Positions 48,042-59,100 are shown, numbered from the stretch's first letter. The stretch: 64,000 nucleotides of DNA from Myxococcota bacterium (GCA_039030515.1 JBCCEA010000002.1:1-64000); one strand, 5' to 3'. Translations and numbers: made by a program. Notes: generated from the sequence alone by a model not told the origin.

Positions 48042-49808
48042 TTGACAACGCAGGCTTGGATCACGATCGCAGTGACCATCTCGATGGTTTTCTGTATGGC
48101 GTTCAACTTCGCGGGACCGGAGCTGATCTTGATGGCGGGTCTCACATTGCTCTTGGCATACGGGATTGTCGGTACGGAAGAGGCTTTTGCTGGGTTCAGC
48201 AATCCCGCTGTGGTGACCATCGCGGCGCTCTTTGTGGTGGCTCAAGGCATGCAGGAAACCGGCGCCACGGATATGGTGGCGAGGAAGCTCTTGGGCCGCC
48301 CCCGCTTTACTTGGGGGGCGCAGCTGCGAATGATGACGCCGGTCGCGCTCATGAGCAGCTTCGTCAACAACACTCCGGTCGTGGCGATGACCGTACCGAT
48401 CGTCGTCGACTGGTGTAGACGCTCGAATTTGAGCGCTTCGATGCTGCTGCTGCCGGTAAGCTACGCAGCGATCTTGGGAGGCACCTGCTCACTCATCGGT
48501 ACCAGCACGAACCTGGTCGTGGCGGGCATGGCTGTCGCAAGAGACCCCCAACTGCAGTTCGGCATGTTCGATATCGCTTGGATCGGGCTGCCCGCGCTCG
48601 TTACCGGCAGCATCTACATCTTGATAACGTCACGCTGGTTGCTCAAAGACCGTCGTAAGCGACCCGAGAGCCTCGAAAATCCGAGGGAGTACACCGTTCA
48701 AATGCGGTTGGAAGCGGGTTCACCCATCCTCGATAAGACGATCGAAGAGGCCGGATTACGTCATCTACCGGGCCTCTTCCTGGTGGAGATCGAGAGGTCC
48801 GGAGGCATCATGGCAGCCGTCAGCCCCCGAACGGTGCTCAGAGCCGACGACCTGCTCCTGTTCACCGGGATCATCGAGAGTGTCGTCGATCTTCGCAAGA
48901 TTCGGGGCTTGGTTCCTGCGACCGAAGAGCGCTCCAAACTCGAACGCAGACCCGGGCGCTGCCTTGTCGAGGCCGTGGTCTCTCAGCAGTCTCCACTGGT
49001 CGGGCAAACGATACGGGGATCTCGCTTTCGTAACCATTTCGACGCAGTCGTCATCGCGGTGCATCGACAGGGCGAACGCATCGCTCGTAAAGTCGGCGAT
49101 ATTTGCCTGGAGGCTGGGGACGTACTGCTTCTGGAGACGCACCCTTCTTTTTTGCGCGTTCGACGCAGCGACGGCAACTTCGCGCTAGTGAGTGAAGTTG
49201 CCGGTAGCGAGGAACCTCGACATGAAAGAGCCGGGACGGCGACCGCAGTCCTACTCGCAATGGTGGTCGCCAACGTGAGCGGCTGGGTGCCTCTTGAGGT
49301 CGCTGCGCTGGGCGGCGCCGGATTCATGCTGATCACGCGCTGTCTGACCGGTCAGCAGGCCATTAGGGCTCTTGATATTCGGGTGCTCATCGGGGTTGCA
49401 GCTGCCTTCGGAGTGGGGGCAGCGCTCGAAAACAGTGGCGTAGCGAGTGCGCTCGGGGAACGACTCAGCCAGCTTGGGTCGAGCACCGGACCCGTTGGGG
49501 TGCTTAGCGGTATCTATCTGGTCACATCGATTCTCGCGGCGCTGGTCACGACAAAAGTGGCTGCCGCATTGATTTTTCCCGTCGCTGCCGCTGTCGCAGA
49601 GGGTTTGGCGCTGCCGATGGTGCCCGTCTGCTACGTGCTCATGGTGGCGTCGGCGACGGCCTTCAGCACGCCCATAGGCTATCCAACCAATCTCATGGTC
49701 TATGGACCTGGGGGATATCGCTTTCAGGACTTCATCAAGCTTGGACTCCCACTGCAGGCATTGATTGGTGTTGTCACCGTGAGTATGACCTGGTGGGTGT
49801 GGTTTTGA
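48042..49808 (+). CDS. SLC13-family permease with TrkA-C domains
   Basis: SSFVNNTPVV, LGGTCSLIGTSTNL, two TrkA-C repeats and TPIGYPTNLMVYGPGGY. Confidence 0.92.
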   Translation: MTTQAWITIAVTISMVFCMAFNFAGPELILMAGLTLLLAYGIVGTEEAFAGFSNPAVVTIAALFVVAQGMQETGATDMVARKLLGRPRFTWGAQLRMMTPVALMSSFVNNTPVVAMTVPIVVDWCRRSNLSASMLLLPVSYAAILGGTCSLIGTSTNLVVAGMAVARDPQLQFGMFDIAWIGLPALVTGSIYILITSRWLLKDRRKRPESLENPREYTVQMRLEAGSPILDKTIEEAGLRHLPGLFLVEIERSGGIMAAVSPRTVLRADDLLLFTGIIESVVDLRKIRGLVPATEERSKLERRPGRCLVEAVVSQQSPLVGQTIRGSRFRNHFDAVVIAVHRQGERIARKVGDICLEAGDVLLLETHPSFLRVRRSDGNFALVSEVAGSEEPRHERAGTATAVLLAMVVANVSGWVPLEVAALGGAGFMLITRCLTGQQAIRALDIRVLIGVAAAFGVGAALENSGVASALGERLSQLGSSTGPVGVLSGIYLVTSILAALVTTKVAAALIFPVAAAVAEGLALPMVPVCYVLMVASATAFSTPIGYPTNLMVYGPGGYRFQDFIKLGLPLQALIGVVTVSMTWWVWF

Positions 49809-49887
49809 ACTCGTGGGTGATCCTACAAGGACCTTGTGGGGTCCTCTAAAGATAGCGTGGGCGACGGTTCGAATTGCCCCCAAGGGA

Positions 49888-50214
49888 CTAAGCCGGGTTC
49901 GCCACCCATCCTGCACAGTAGCCGGCTGGGTTGATGGGACCGGGCACTAAGGTGCAACCGCCACATTGATTTTCGGCGGCGCTCTCGTAAAGGCTGCAGT
50001 TGGCGCAGTTCTTATCTCGAAATCGAGAGCGCTCTACGTACTGCAGAGAGGTGCGCTGGGTACGCTGAGAGGCGTCGAGACCTGAGGTATCGGTGCAGTC
50101 GAGACCTCCTGATCCACCGCAGGCGGAGAGAATCGAGCTGCCCGCGGCGGCGGTCACGACCAGTGTGCCGCATCGGCGTAGAAGTTCGCGGCGGGTGACT
50201 GTGCGTTCTGTCAT
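49888..50214 (-). CDS. High-potential iron-sulfur protein (HiPIP), Tat-exported lipoprotein
   Basis: TRRELL twin-arginine motif plus LSAC lipobox; Y...S....CANC.....C.....I...GYC..W HiPIP pattern. Confidence 0.85.
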   Translation of the reverse strand: MTERTVTRRELLRRCGTLVVTAAAGSSILSACGGSGGLDCTDTSGLDASQRTQRTSLQYVERSRFRDKNCANCSLYESAAENQCGGCTLVPGPINPAGYCAGWVANPA

Positions 50215-50380
50215 GGAAAACGCTTAGGCTCACTCTCCGAGGTCATCAATGGGCTGGTCAAAAAATACCTGAAGGGCGTCAAGGCAGACCAACCAAGCCG
50301 CGATACTTATGGAGACGGACCAAGGTCTGGGCGTGGCCGTCGACAGACGCGTTCGGAATGCCCGCACACGGGGGGCTCGC

Positions 50381-50734
50381 TTAGGCCGGGATGCCCCATT
50401 TCACTCGATTTTCGGCAACTTGCTCGGGTGTCGGACGCTCTTTTTCGTCGTGATCAGGGACGTTCAGTTCGTCTTGTACGGTAGACACCGCCGCGTTCAG
50501 CTCGATGTCTTCCTTGAGCACCTCCGGAACAGCAACGTCTTCGTAGATCGCCTCCCAGGGGCATTCCGGCTCGCATGCGCCACAATCGATGCACTCGTCT
50601 GGATGAATGAAGAGCTGGTCAGGAAACTTGACCTTGTTGTCGCCGGTGTACTCGTAAATGCAGTCCACAGGACATACGTCGACACAACTCTGATCGACAC
50701 AATCACGGCAAAGACGCGTAACGACCCACGGCAT
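50381..50734 (-). CDS. FdxA-type (7Fe) ferredoxin
   Basis: CxxC....CVDVCPVDC and [26 protein letters not shown]. Confidence 0.92.
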   Translation of the reverse strand: MPWVVTRLCRDCVDQSCVDVCPVDCIYEYTGDNKVKFPDQLFIHPDECIDCGACEPECPWEAIYEDVAVPEVLKEDIELNAAVSTVQDELNVPDHDEKERPTPEQVAENRVKWGIPA

Positions 50735-50742
50735 GGCACTCC

Positions 50743-50797
50743 TTCATTGGCAAGGGCATGTGTTCACTGGCAAGGGCATGTGTTCACTGACTAGGGC
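50743..50797. repeat. 20-bp tandem repeat x2.7 immediately upstream of the ferredoxin RBS
   Basis: TTCA(T/C)TGGCAAGGGCATGTG at 50743 and 50763, partial at 50783. Confidence 0.85.
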
Positions 50798-50962
50798 GCT
50801 GTGGCCCGCTGTGGCTGAGTCCTACTTAGCAACGACCACTCGAAAATCAACGGACGCCACTTTACTCAAGGCCGAGCAGCAAAAGCAAATCGCGCGAAAC
50901 CTGTTAAGACGCCCGCATCTCAGGACCAGCCAGCGCGCAGTTTTGAGTCTACGTCGCCCGCA

Positions 50963-51550
50963 TCATCTTGGCGCCGGATGACACGCGTAGCAGCTGATCT
51001 GGGACCAGCCCAGCATCTGCTGCGCTGCCGGCATGAGGGCGGTCGCCATGAACTCGACCATGTCGGGAAACGACTGCATCATCCAGTCGTGCTCCGGCGT
51101 GCCGGGCGGGGGGATCACCATGCGGTTTGCACTGGGCATCGCAAAACCACGCTCTGGCCCTTCCTCACCGTGACAGTGGACACAGCTAAACTCGGCATAC
51201 CGATCTCTACCGAGATCGCGAGCGAATAGTTCGGCGGTGACCGGCAGGAATTTCCCGATCATGTACCACTTCCGAGCCTCGTAGTTCATCGACTCCCAAG
51301 GGTCGTCGGGCGGCCCCATCCCGAGCATCTCGATCGCGCTTTGCGTCCCGTGGTCGATTCGCGGCGGTCGCTCAAAATCGCTCATATCGTCGAAGGCGAG
51401 CGGATCACCAACGTGTTCGCCTCCGGCGCTCGCCTCCGGATGGCTAAGGGCTGGCTGGGCATCGCCGGAGCAGCCGAGGAACCACAAGAGCGCCCCCGCA
51501 CTCCACCAATCGAAGAGCCGTCGCCCAAAGAAACACTGCCGCACGGTCAT
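50963..51550 (-). CDS. Diheme c-type cytochrome lipoprotein
   Basis: Lipobox FLGC; two CxxCH motifs (CVHCH, CYACH), each preceded by a Met-containing helix. The start is uncertain. Confidence 0.75.
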   Translation of the reverse strand: MTVRQCFFGRRLFDWWSAGALLWFLGCSGDAQPALSHPEASAGGEHVGDPLAFDDMSDFERPPRIDHGTQSAIEMLGMGPPDDPWESMNYEARKWYMIGKFLPVTAELFARDLGRDRYAEFSCVHCHGEEGPERGFAMPSANRMVIPPPGTPEHDWMMQSFPDMVEFMATALMPAAQQMLGWSQISCYACHPAPR

Positions 51551-51612
51551 GTTCGCGACTATACCGGATCGGCACGGCCCGCCCGAACCCAACACGCCGC
51601 ATCCCGAGGAAG

Positions 51613-52935
51613 ATGAACCCACTACAGGATCCGAACTTTCCCTTTCGCCCGGACCGACTCCCTGTTTTTTATGGATGGGTCATCGTCGTAGTCGCCACGG
51701 CCGGAATCATTCTGAGCATCCCCGGCCAAACCATGGGCGTGAGCGTCTTCACCGACGATTTGATCTCCGCAACGGGTCTGTCGCGATTGCAGATCAGCAA
51801 CGCCTATCTGGTCGGAACCCTGCTCAGCGGGCTTTCCCTACCGATGGGGGGTCAACTCCTAGATCGACTTGGCGCACGCGCGATGGTGGTGCTGGCAAGC
51901 CTGTTGCTGGGCGCGACCTTGATGTACTTCAGCTCGATCGACGCGGTCGCGGCTTCACTGGGTGGAGGACTGGCAGCCACCTCGTTGTGCTTGATCTTGG
52001 GGTTCGTCTGCTTGCGATTCAGCGGCCAGGGCATGCTCACGGTCACCTCTCGAACGATGCTCGGCAAATGGTTCGACAAGAAAAGAGGTCGCGTTGCCGG
52101 TACTTCGGGCATGTTCGTCAGTTTTGGCTTCTCCTACGCGCCGCTGCTCCTAAAAGACTTGGTCGACGACTTCGGCTGGCGAGGCGCCTACTGGGCCATG
52201 GCGCTCTGTTCTATCTGTGTGACGGCGAGCCTCGGCTGGCTTTTTTTTCGGGACAATCCCGAGCAGTGCGGTCTGCGCATGGATGGCGGCGACCAAACCG
52301 AACCCTCTTCAGTGATGCAGAAGGAGACGATCTACGACTTTGATCGCGGCGAAGCGATCCGCACGCGAGCGTTTTGGGCCCTCGCTTTGGGGCTCGGCAG
52401 TCATGGGCTGATCATGACCGGAATCACGTTCCACATTCTCGACATCGGCGCAGAAAGCGGCCTGAGCAGTACCGAGTCCGTCGCTTTGTTTTTACCCATG
52501 GCTATGGTCGGTGCCGCGGTGGGAACCTTCGTCGGCTTCCTCGCAGAGCGAGTGAGCCCGTTTACGCTCTTGCTCTGCATGATGGCGTCGATGAGCCTCG
52601 GAATCGTGGGATTCACCTCGCTTCAAGAACTGAAGTGGCTCGCCGTCGTGGGCTTTGGAACCACAGGAGGCTTTTTCTCCAACCTCTCGACGATCGCTCT
52701 GCCGCGCTGGTTTGGACGACTCCATCTGGGAGCGATCGGCGGATTCAAGATGATGTGCCTGGTGCTCGCTACGTCCATCGGCCCGAGCCTCCTCGCGACC
52801 TCGAAGCATCTGACGGGGAGTTATGAACCTGTCCTCTGGCTCACGCTTCTATTGCCGGCGACCGGGGCAATCCTGAGCTTGACCAGTAGAGACCCTCAGG
52901 GCGGCGTTCCCCAAACCGCGCACCGGGCGGCTTGA
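51613..52935 (+). CDS. MFS transporter
   Basis: About 12 TM helices; motif A GQLLDRLGAR; WFDKKRG. Confidence 0.92.
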   Translation: MNPLQDPNFPFRPDRLPVFYGWVIVVVATAGIILSIPGQTMGVSVFTDDLISATGLSRLQISNAYLVGTLLSGLSLPMGGQLLDRLGARAMVVLASLLLGATLMYFSSIDAVAASLGGGLAATSLCLILGFVCLRFSGQGMLTVTSRTMLGKWFDKKRGRVAGTSGMFVSFGFSYAPLLLKDLVDDFGWRGAYWAMALCSICVTASLGWLFFRDNPEQCGLRMDGGDQTEPSSVMQKETIYDFDRGEAIRTRAFWALALGLGSHGLIMTGITFHILDIGAESGLSSTESVALFLPMAMVGAAVGTFVGFLAERVSPFTLLLCMMASMSLGIVGFTSLQELKWLAVVGFGTTGGFFSNLSTIALPRWFGRLHLGAIGGFKMMCLVLATSIGPSLLATSKHLTGSYEPVLWLTLLLPATGAILSLTSRDPQGGVPQTAHRAA

Positions 52936-52972
52936 TCGTGAGCCTGAAGTTCGGGCGGTGGCCCCGGATCGC

Positions 52973-54298
52973 TCAATTCGCCGACAGAGTCGTTGAAGCG
53001 ACCGAGTTCTGGTCGGGCCAGGGTTCTGCGGTAAGCAGGTAGGCTCCATCCGAGCGAGGCGAGGGATGCACGACCACCTCGTAGGTGCCCTCTTCAAGCT
53101 CCATCGACATGCAGGTCTCCGTTTCACCGATCGAGTGTGGTTCAGCAGCAGAGCGATCGAGCCCGTCGCGGCGAAACAGGCGGATCTTATGACGTGGCCC
53201 TCTGCGCCCTGCATAGGTGCTTCTACGCCCGGAGATCTGAAACCACACCCGCTGAGGAGTCGCGAGGGTAAAACGATAGAGGCGCTCCGAAACACCCTTT
53301 TCTTCGGAGGAAGTTGCCACAGCGAGATCGGAAAACGGCAGCTCGCCGTGCTCGAAAGGGCGATCGATCGATCCGTCCCCAGGCACCGGCAACGGCGACG
53401 GATCGGGGGCAGGGGATTGCTCAAGAACCACCCGACGTACCCGGTCAAGCTGGACGAGATTCAGCAGATTGCGCACGTTCTGACCGTATTGCAGGCCCTC
53501 AGAATCGAGCACGCAACCCTGCGAGCGCCCACGAAACCAGTAGATGTTGGGATGCACCCCGTCCCCCGCCAAACCCAATCGAGGCAGCCGCATCAGCTCC
53601 GGGTGCAGGTCGACCCAAGGCACGCGCAACCCTTGGGCAAGAGCCCGAACCACGGCGTTGTATCGAAACACCCACGCATCACGTTCGGGACTGTCGCCAC
53701 GCGGCAAGATCGTGGAGAGGATGGGAATCACACCTCGAGAGGTGAGTCGCTCGACGATAGACCACATCGCGGTGGTAAACCGATCGATCCGCGGCCCCTG
53801 GAGGTCGTTGGTTCCAAGCATCACCAGGGCAAACCGAGGACGCGCGGAACGCAGCTCCCGTTCGAGGGGTGACTTGGCGCCTCCACGAAGCAAAGCCACG
53901 CTGCTCCAGCCCACCCCGGCGGCCGCGCTTCGTCTCTGGAATACCCGGCCGAGCGCGCTGAAGTGATGTACGGTCGAACGAAGCCATTCCCTTCCGTCGA
54001 GTTCGACGCGATCGGAGGCAAAACAGCTCATGAATCCCCAGTTGACCGTCGCGGAATCCCCGACTTTGGAAAACACCTGGTCGCGCATTCGCTCGTTTGA
54101 AGCACGAATCTCTCTCCAATACGCGGCCAGTTCTGGCGTAATCGGCGAGACTGCCCGCAGCAGTAGATCCTCCGATCGAACCTCGGACGGTGGCGCCTCG
54201 AACGCTTGGGCGGAGACACTTCCTCCAAGGTCGCAGAAACTGAACGTGATCGAAAAGAACACCGAATGAATCGGAAACCAGAATACCGAAGCGCGCAC
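52973..54298 (-). CDS. Secreted SGNH/GDSL hydrolase with C-terminal PPC-like domain
   Basis: VGDS, LGTND and DGVHP blocks; C-terminal LEEGTYEVVV. Confidence 0.8.
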   Translation of the reverse strand: MRASVFWFPIHSVFFSITFSFCDLGGSVSAQAFEAPPSEVRSEDLLLRAVSPITPELAAYWREIRASNERMRDQVFSKVGDSATVNWGFMSCFASDRVELDGREWLRSTVHHFSALGRVFQRRSAAAGVGWSSVALLRGGAKSPLERELRSARPRFALVMLGTNDLQGPRIDRFTTAMWSIVERLTSRGVIPILSTILPRGDSPERDAWVFRYNAVVRALAQGLRVPWVDLHPELMRLPRLGLAGDGVHPNIYWFRGRSQGCVLDSEGLQYGQNVRNLLNLVQLDRVRRVVLEQSPAPDPSPLPVPGDGSIDRPFEHGELPFSDLAVATSSEEKGVSERLYRFTLATPQRVWFQISGRRSTYAGRRGPRHKIRLFRRDGLDRSAAEPHSIGETETCMSMELEEGTYEVVVHPSPRSDGAYLLTAEPWPDQNSVASTTLSAN

Positions 54299-54414
54299 GA
54301 CGCTTCCTATCAGACTGAGTTTGGATGGCTACCCAGGCGCGACGAGGCAGAAGCGGTAGCCTCACCCCACCTGTCGGCGGCGCTCGAAGTGCGAACTGCT
54401 ACAACTCGCTCAAC

Positions 54415-55953
54415 ATGTCTGGGACGGTAATCGCCGCGATCGACGCGGGATCCAACGCGGTACGGCTGACGATTTCTGCACTCACCTCGGGCGACCTTAA
54501 CCTTCTCGAGAGCGACCGGGTGGCCGTGCGTCTTGGCCAAGGAACATTCACCCAGGGTGCACTTGACCCCGATACGATGGACGCCTGCGTGCAAACCTTC
54601 GCCCGCTTCCGAGCGCTCTTCGACCATCACGGGGTGACCCTCTACCGAGCCGTAGCGACGAGCGCCGTTCGGAGCGCGCGAAACCGAGAGCAACTACAGG
54701 ATCACATCTGGAAAGAAGCAGGCATTCGTCTCGATATCATCGATGGAGACGAAGAAGCGCGACTCATGAGCCAAGCCGTCGCTCATGCTTTTCAGGATAC
54801 CGCCGTGCCTCCCTGCATGATCGACCTGGGAGGCGGCTCGCTCGAAATCAGCTTGAAATCCCAGAGGAAATGGCGGGTCGCATCGCTGCCCGTGGGAACG
54901 GTACGCTTGCTCGAGGCGTTCGGATTGCAGGGTGCGATGGACGACAGCGAGCACCGAATGGTGAGGCGCTACACCAAGATGGCCATGCGCACCGGAATCA
55001 GCATACCCAAAGAGGGCGTAGGAACTTGCGTGGCCTGTGGCGGAAATGCAGAGGCGCTTACTCGGTTGTTCGGCGAAGCGGGTCCCGTCCCAACACTCGA
55101 GGTCGCCTCCCTTAGAAAGGCACTGCCGCAGTTGCTCTCTGCAGGCACTGAGGAGCGAATGCGACGCTATCGAATCGGACGGGATCGGGCGGAAGTTATC
55201 GCGGTCGCTGCCTTGGTGTTTTCGACCGTCGCAAAACAACTCGGGGCCGTGCGCCTGCTCGTGCCTGGAGTTGGCGTACGGGAGGGGATTCTGGTCGACC
55301 TAAGCCGCGATCTAGACGCTCGAGGCTCCGCTGCAGCGGGGAGTCATTCGAAGAGTCATCGAGAAATCCTGTGGGCTTCGGCCAAAGCCTTTGCCTTAAG
55401 GGTAGGCCACGACATCACCCATGGAGCGCAGGTACGAAGCATTGCGAAAAGCCTCTTTGACGATCTCCAAGCGCTGCACGGACTCGATGCGACCTGGAGC
55501 ACCAGCTTGGAAATCGCGGCGCTACTCCATGATGTCGGAGAGGTGGTCCATCGCAGCGGTCATCACAAGCATAGTGAATACCTGATCCGCAACGGCCGCA
55601 TCCCGGGACTGAAAGGCAAAGAGCGTCAGATCGTGTCGATCCTTGCACGCACGCACCGAAAGGCACCTCCGGATATCGAACGACATGAGGGATTCGCTCT
55701 GCTCAGTGCTGAAGATCGAATCGCAGTGTGCAAAATCGCCGCCATCCTAAGGATAGCCGACGGGCTGGACGCCGACCATCGGCAGCGTTTCTCGTCAGTA
55801 GCGGCCTCGACCGGAGAAGGTAAGGTCACTTTGAGGTGCGCCGTGAAACACGGAAAAACTACCGCGCTACCTACCCTCGAGAAGGTCGAGCTATTCAAAG
55901 AAGTATTTCAGCGCCAACTTGAGATAGAGGTCTTCGAAGATACTCGGAGCTAA
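54415..55953 (+). CDS. ppx: Ppx/GppA exopolyphosphatase with HD domain
   Basis: AAIDAGSNAVR, ATSAVR, G.EEA, DLGGGSLE, GVREG and LLHDVG...HHKHS. Confidence 0.93.
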   Translation: MSGTVIAAIDAGSNAVRLTISALTSGDLNLLESDRVAVRLGQGTFTQGALDPDTMDACVQTFARFRALFDHHGVTLYRAVATSAVRSARNREQLQDHIWKEAGIRLDIIDGDEEARLMSQAVAHAFQDTAVPPCMIDLGGGSLEISLKSQRKWRVASLPVGTVRLLEAFGLQGAMDDSEHRMVRRYTKMAMRTGISIPKEGVGTCVACGGNAEALTRLFGEAGPVPTLEVASLRKALPQLLSAGTEERMRRYRIGRDRAEVIAVAALVFSTVAKQLGAVRLLVPGVGVREGILVDLSRDLDARGSAAAGSHSKSHREILWASAKAFALRVGHDITHGAQVRSIAKSLFDDLQALHGLDATWSTSLEIAALLHDVGEVVHRSGHHKHSEYLIRNGRIPGLKGKERQIVSILARTHRKAPPDIERHEGFALLSAEDRIAVCKIAAILRIADGLDADHRQRFSSVAASTGEGKVTLRCAVKHGKTTALPTLEKVELFKEVFQRQLEIEVFEDTRS

Positions 55954-56059
55954 GCAAAAGGTGCTCGGAGCCAAGCAAAAGGTGCTCGGAGCTAAGCAAA
56001 AGGTGCTCGGAGCTAAGCAAAAGGTGCTCGGAGCTAAGCAAAAGGTGCTCGGAGCCAAA
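55943..56059. repeat. 21-bp VNTR, ~5.6 copies, starting inside the last ppx codons
   Basis: CTCGGAGC(T/C)AAGCAAAAGGTG at 55943, 55964, 55985, 56006, 56027 and partial at 56048. Confidence 0.95.
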
Positions 56060-56061
56060 CG

Positions 56062-56104
56062 AAAAAAGCACGCGCTCTGTACGATAGAGGGCGTGCTTCT
56101 TTTT
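56062..56104. terminator. Bidirectional terminator between ppx and the RND operon
   Basis: AAAAAAGCACGC.CTCT-loop-AGAG.GCGTGCTTCTTTTT. Confidence 0.75.
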
Positions 56105-56117
56105 GATGGAAACGCGT

Positions 56118-59100
56118 CTAGGCTTCGGAGCGTGACTCCGCTGGCTGATACCGGAACTCCGAAAAGTCGACTCGATAGAGCACCGAATACATCAGCGGCA
56201 CAAACCCAAGGGTTAATACGGTTGAAAAGACCAGCCCAAACATGATGGCGACACACATGGGCTCCCACATCGGACCTCCACTGATGTACAGCGGAATCAA
56301 GCTGGCGATGGTCGTCGCCGTAGTAAGCAGGATGGGCCGGAGCCGCTGCTGCGCGGACTGGATGACCGCCTGAGCCGGCGATAGACCGTTTTCGTCGATT
56401 TCCAACTGAATCCGGTCGATGAGTACGATCGCGTTGTTGATCACGATACCCGCAAGAGAGACGATGCCCAGCAAGGTCATGAATCCGAAGTAGCTGTTCA
56501 TCGCCAGCAGCCCGAGCACGACGCCAATAAGCGCGAGAGGGATGGCGGTGAGCACGATGGAGGCCTTACGCAGAGAGTTAAACTGCCAGACCAAAAGCAT
56601 GATGATCAGCAATCCCGAAATGGGCAGCTTGGCGCCGATCGCTTCGCTCGACTCTCCGCTGGATTCGATCTCACCGCCGTACTCATAGCGATATCCGAAG
56701 TCCCATGACTTCTTCTGTTCATCCAGCCAGGGAGTGATCTCGTCGAGAACATCGATAGCGGTACGGCCGGCGACGTCAGCCTCGAGTGTCACCACCTTGT
56801 CGCGATCCCACCGGAGCACTTCAGATGGCTGGAACTCCAAATGAATGTCCGCTACTTGGCGTAAAGGCACCGACTCTCCGGTCGACTGGGAAAAAACGTT
56901 GACCGTTTCGAGACGTTCGATATCGCGACGGTCTCGGACCACCGAGCGTAGAAGCACGGGGATCACGTCATCGTCTTCTCGGTAGTTGGTCGTCTCCAAA
57001 CCACTGAGAAACGTCTGCAAAGAGGTCGCTACGTCGTAGTTCGTCATGTTGGCCCGCCGGGCGCGTTCTTCGTCGATCTCCACGTAGAACTTCTTCACCC
57101 GGCTACCCCAGTCGTCAGAGATATTTCGGGTCCCCGTCGTCGATTCGAGTTTCTGTCGCACGTCGTCTACGATCGAGAATACCTGGTCGGTATCTCGTCC
57201 TTGAATGCGTATTTCGATAGGCCGATCTACGGGCGGACCTGAGCTGACCAGGCGGACATGGGTTTTTACGTCCGGATACTGGTCGATGGCCCATCTCTCG
57301 AGCTTCTTCATCAAGGACGCATTTTTCTCGGCTCCGCTGGTGCGGATCATGTACTCGATGCGGCTAGATTTGGATTGAGAGGGGGTGTAGTTCAAAACGA
57401 AGCGCGGCGGAGTCGACGCCACAAAGCTCGTAAACGCCGTCACGCCGTCTGCAGCAAGTTCGTCTCGCATGAACCGATCCACCGATTGAGACATCTCGTC
57501 TGTTCGACTCACGGTGGTGCCGGGCGTGAGCTCAAACGTGGCCATGAACATAGAGCGGTCGGATGGCGGGAAAAATATTTGCGGGATAACTGAAAAGAGC
57601 TGCATGGCGCCCACAAATACGATTGCGACTGCCGCAATGGAGAACCAACGACCCTTCAGAAACCCGAGCAGCACGGAGCGGTAGCCTTGATAGAACTTTG
57701 TCTCGAACTGATCGCCCTTTTGTAGTGCTGGCTTGAGGAAGTATGCACACAGCAGGGCGATCATCGTGATCGCGAGAATCCAAGAGGTCAAAAGCGTGAT
57801 CGTCACCACCACAAACAGCACCCCGGTGTATTCGCCGACCGAGTGTTCCGCTAGGTAGATGGGCAAAAAGGCAGCCGCAGTCGTAAGCGATGAAGTCAGC
57901 AGCGATATCTGGAGCTCTTTACACGCGCCGACCGCCGCATCGAACCCGGATTCGCCCTGGGCCATCCGAACCGTAATCGACTCGCTCACCACGATCGCGT
58001 TGTCCACGAGCAGTCCGAGGGCGATGATCAGGGCGGCAAGCGTCATCTGATCGATCGACACGTCGATGATGGAGAGCACGAAGACCGTCACGATCATCGC
58101 GGTCGGAATAAGACTCGCTACGACAAGCCCCATTCTCAATCCGAGGAACAACAGCATGACCACGAGCACGATGAGAACCGCTTGGATCACGCTCTCGAGG
58201 AACTCGTCGACCTTGGCTTGAACGGTAACCGGTTCGAAAAACACGGTGTGAAAGTCGATGCCGTGCGGGTACACCGTAGGAAGCCGGTCGTAAAGCGCAT
58301 CTACCCGCTTTCCAAGCTCGATGAGATTGCCGCCGTCGCTGAGAGAAACGGCAAACACGAGTGCGTCTTTCCCGTCTGTGCGAACGATCGTGCTCGGCGG
58401 GTCGACATAGGCGCGCTGAATTTCGGCGATGTCCGCGAGATAAACGACATCGTTTGAGTTGGGAACCTGGATCAGCGTGCGCCCAAGTTCTTCGACCGAA
58501 ACGAAGTTGCCGCTGGGCTCGACCACGATCGTTTCGATCTCACCGTCGAATTCACCACCGGGCATGATGATGTTTCGGGCAGAGAGCACCGAGCTGAGCG
58601 AATCCGGAGAGAGTCCGAGCTGGGCGAGCTGGGCATTGTTGTACTCGACGAAGATGCGCTCGTCCTGCGCCCCGAGGATGTCCACTTTGGCGACGTCTTT
58701 GACGCGCAGCAGCTCGTCTCGAACGTCGTCTGCGATCTCCTTCATTTCCGCGCGGGTGAATCCGTCGGAAGTCATCGAGTACATGATGCCGTAGGTGTCA
58801 CCAAACTCGTCGTTTACCTGAGGGATCCCCGCTTCCTCCGGGAGATCACCCTGCATGTCCTCCACTTTACGGCGGAGGTTGTCCCAAATAGGACGCATGT
58901 CCTTGAACTCGTTGCGTATGTTGACGTCGATAATCGAGACGCCGGTGCGGGAAATGCTCTCGATGTAGTCGAGCTCTGGAATCTCCTGTATCGCTTCTTC
59001 GATTGGATCGGTGACCAGCTGTTCGACGCGTTCAGGACTGGCCCCTGAAAAATACGTCGTGACCCGGGCGGTGCGAACCGTGAAACCGGGATCCATCTGC

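Noticed and set aside
49888..51550. Evidence of a photosynthesis gene cluster
   Set aside because: There are no puf, bch or crt genes in the window; HiPIP and such cytochromes also occur in non-phototrophs.
55943..56059. Possible CRISPR array
   Set aside because: The 21-bp units are contiguous with no unique spacers, and there are no cas genes; it is a VNTR.
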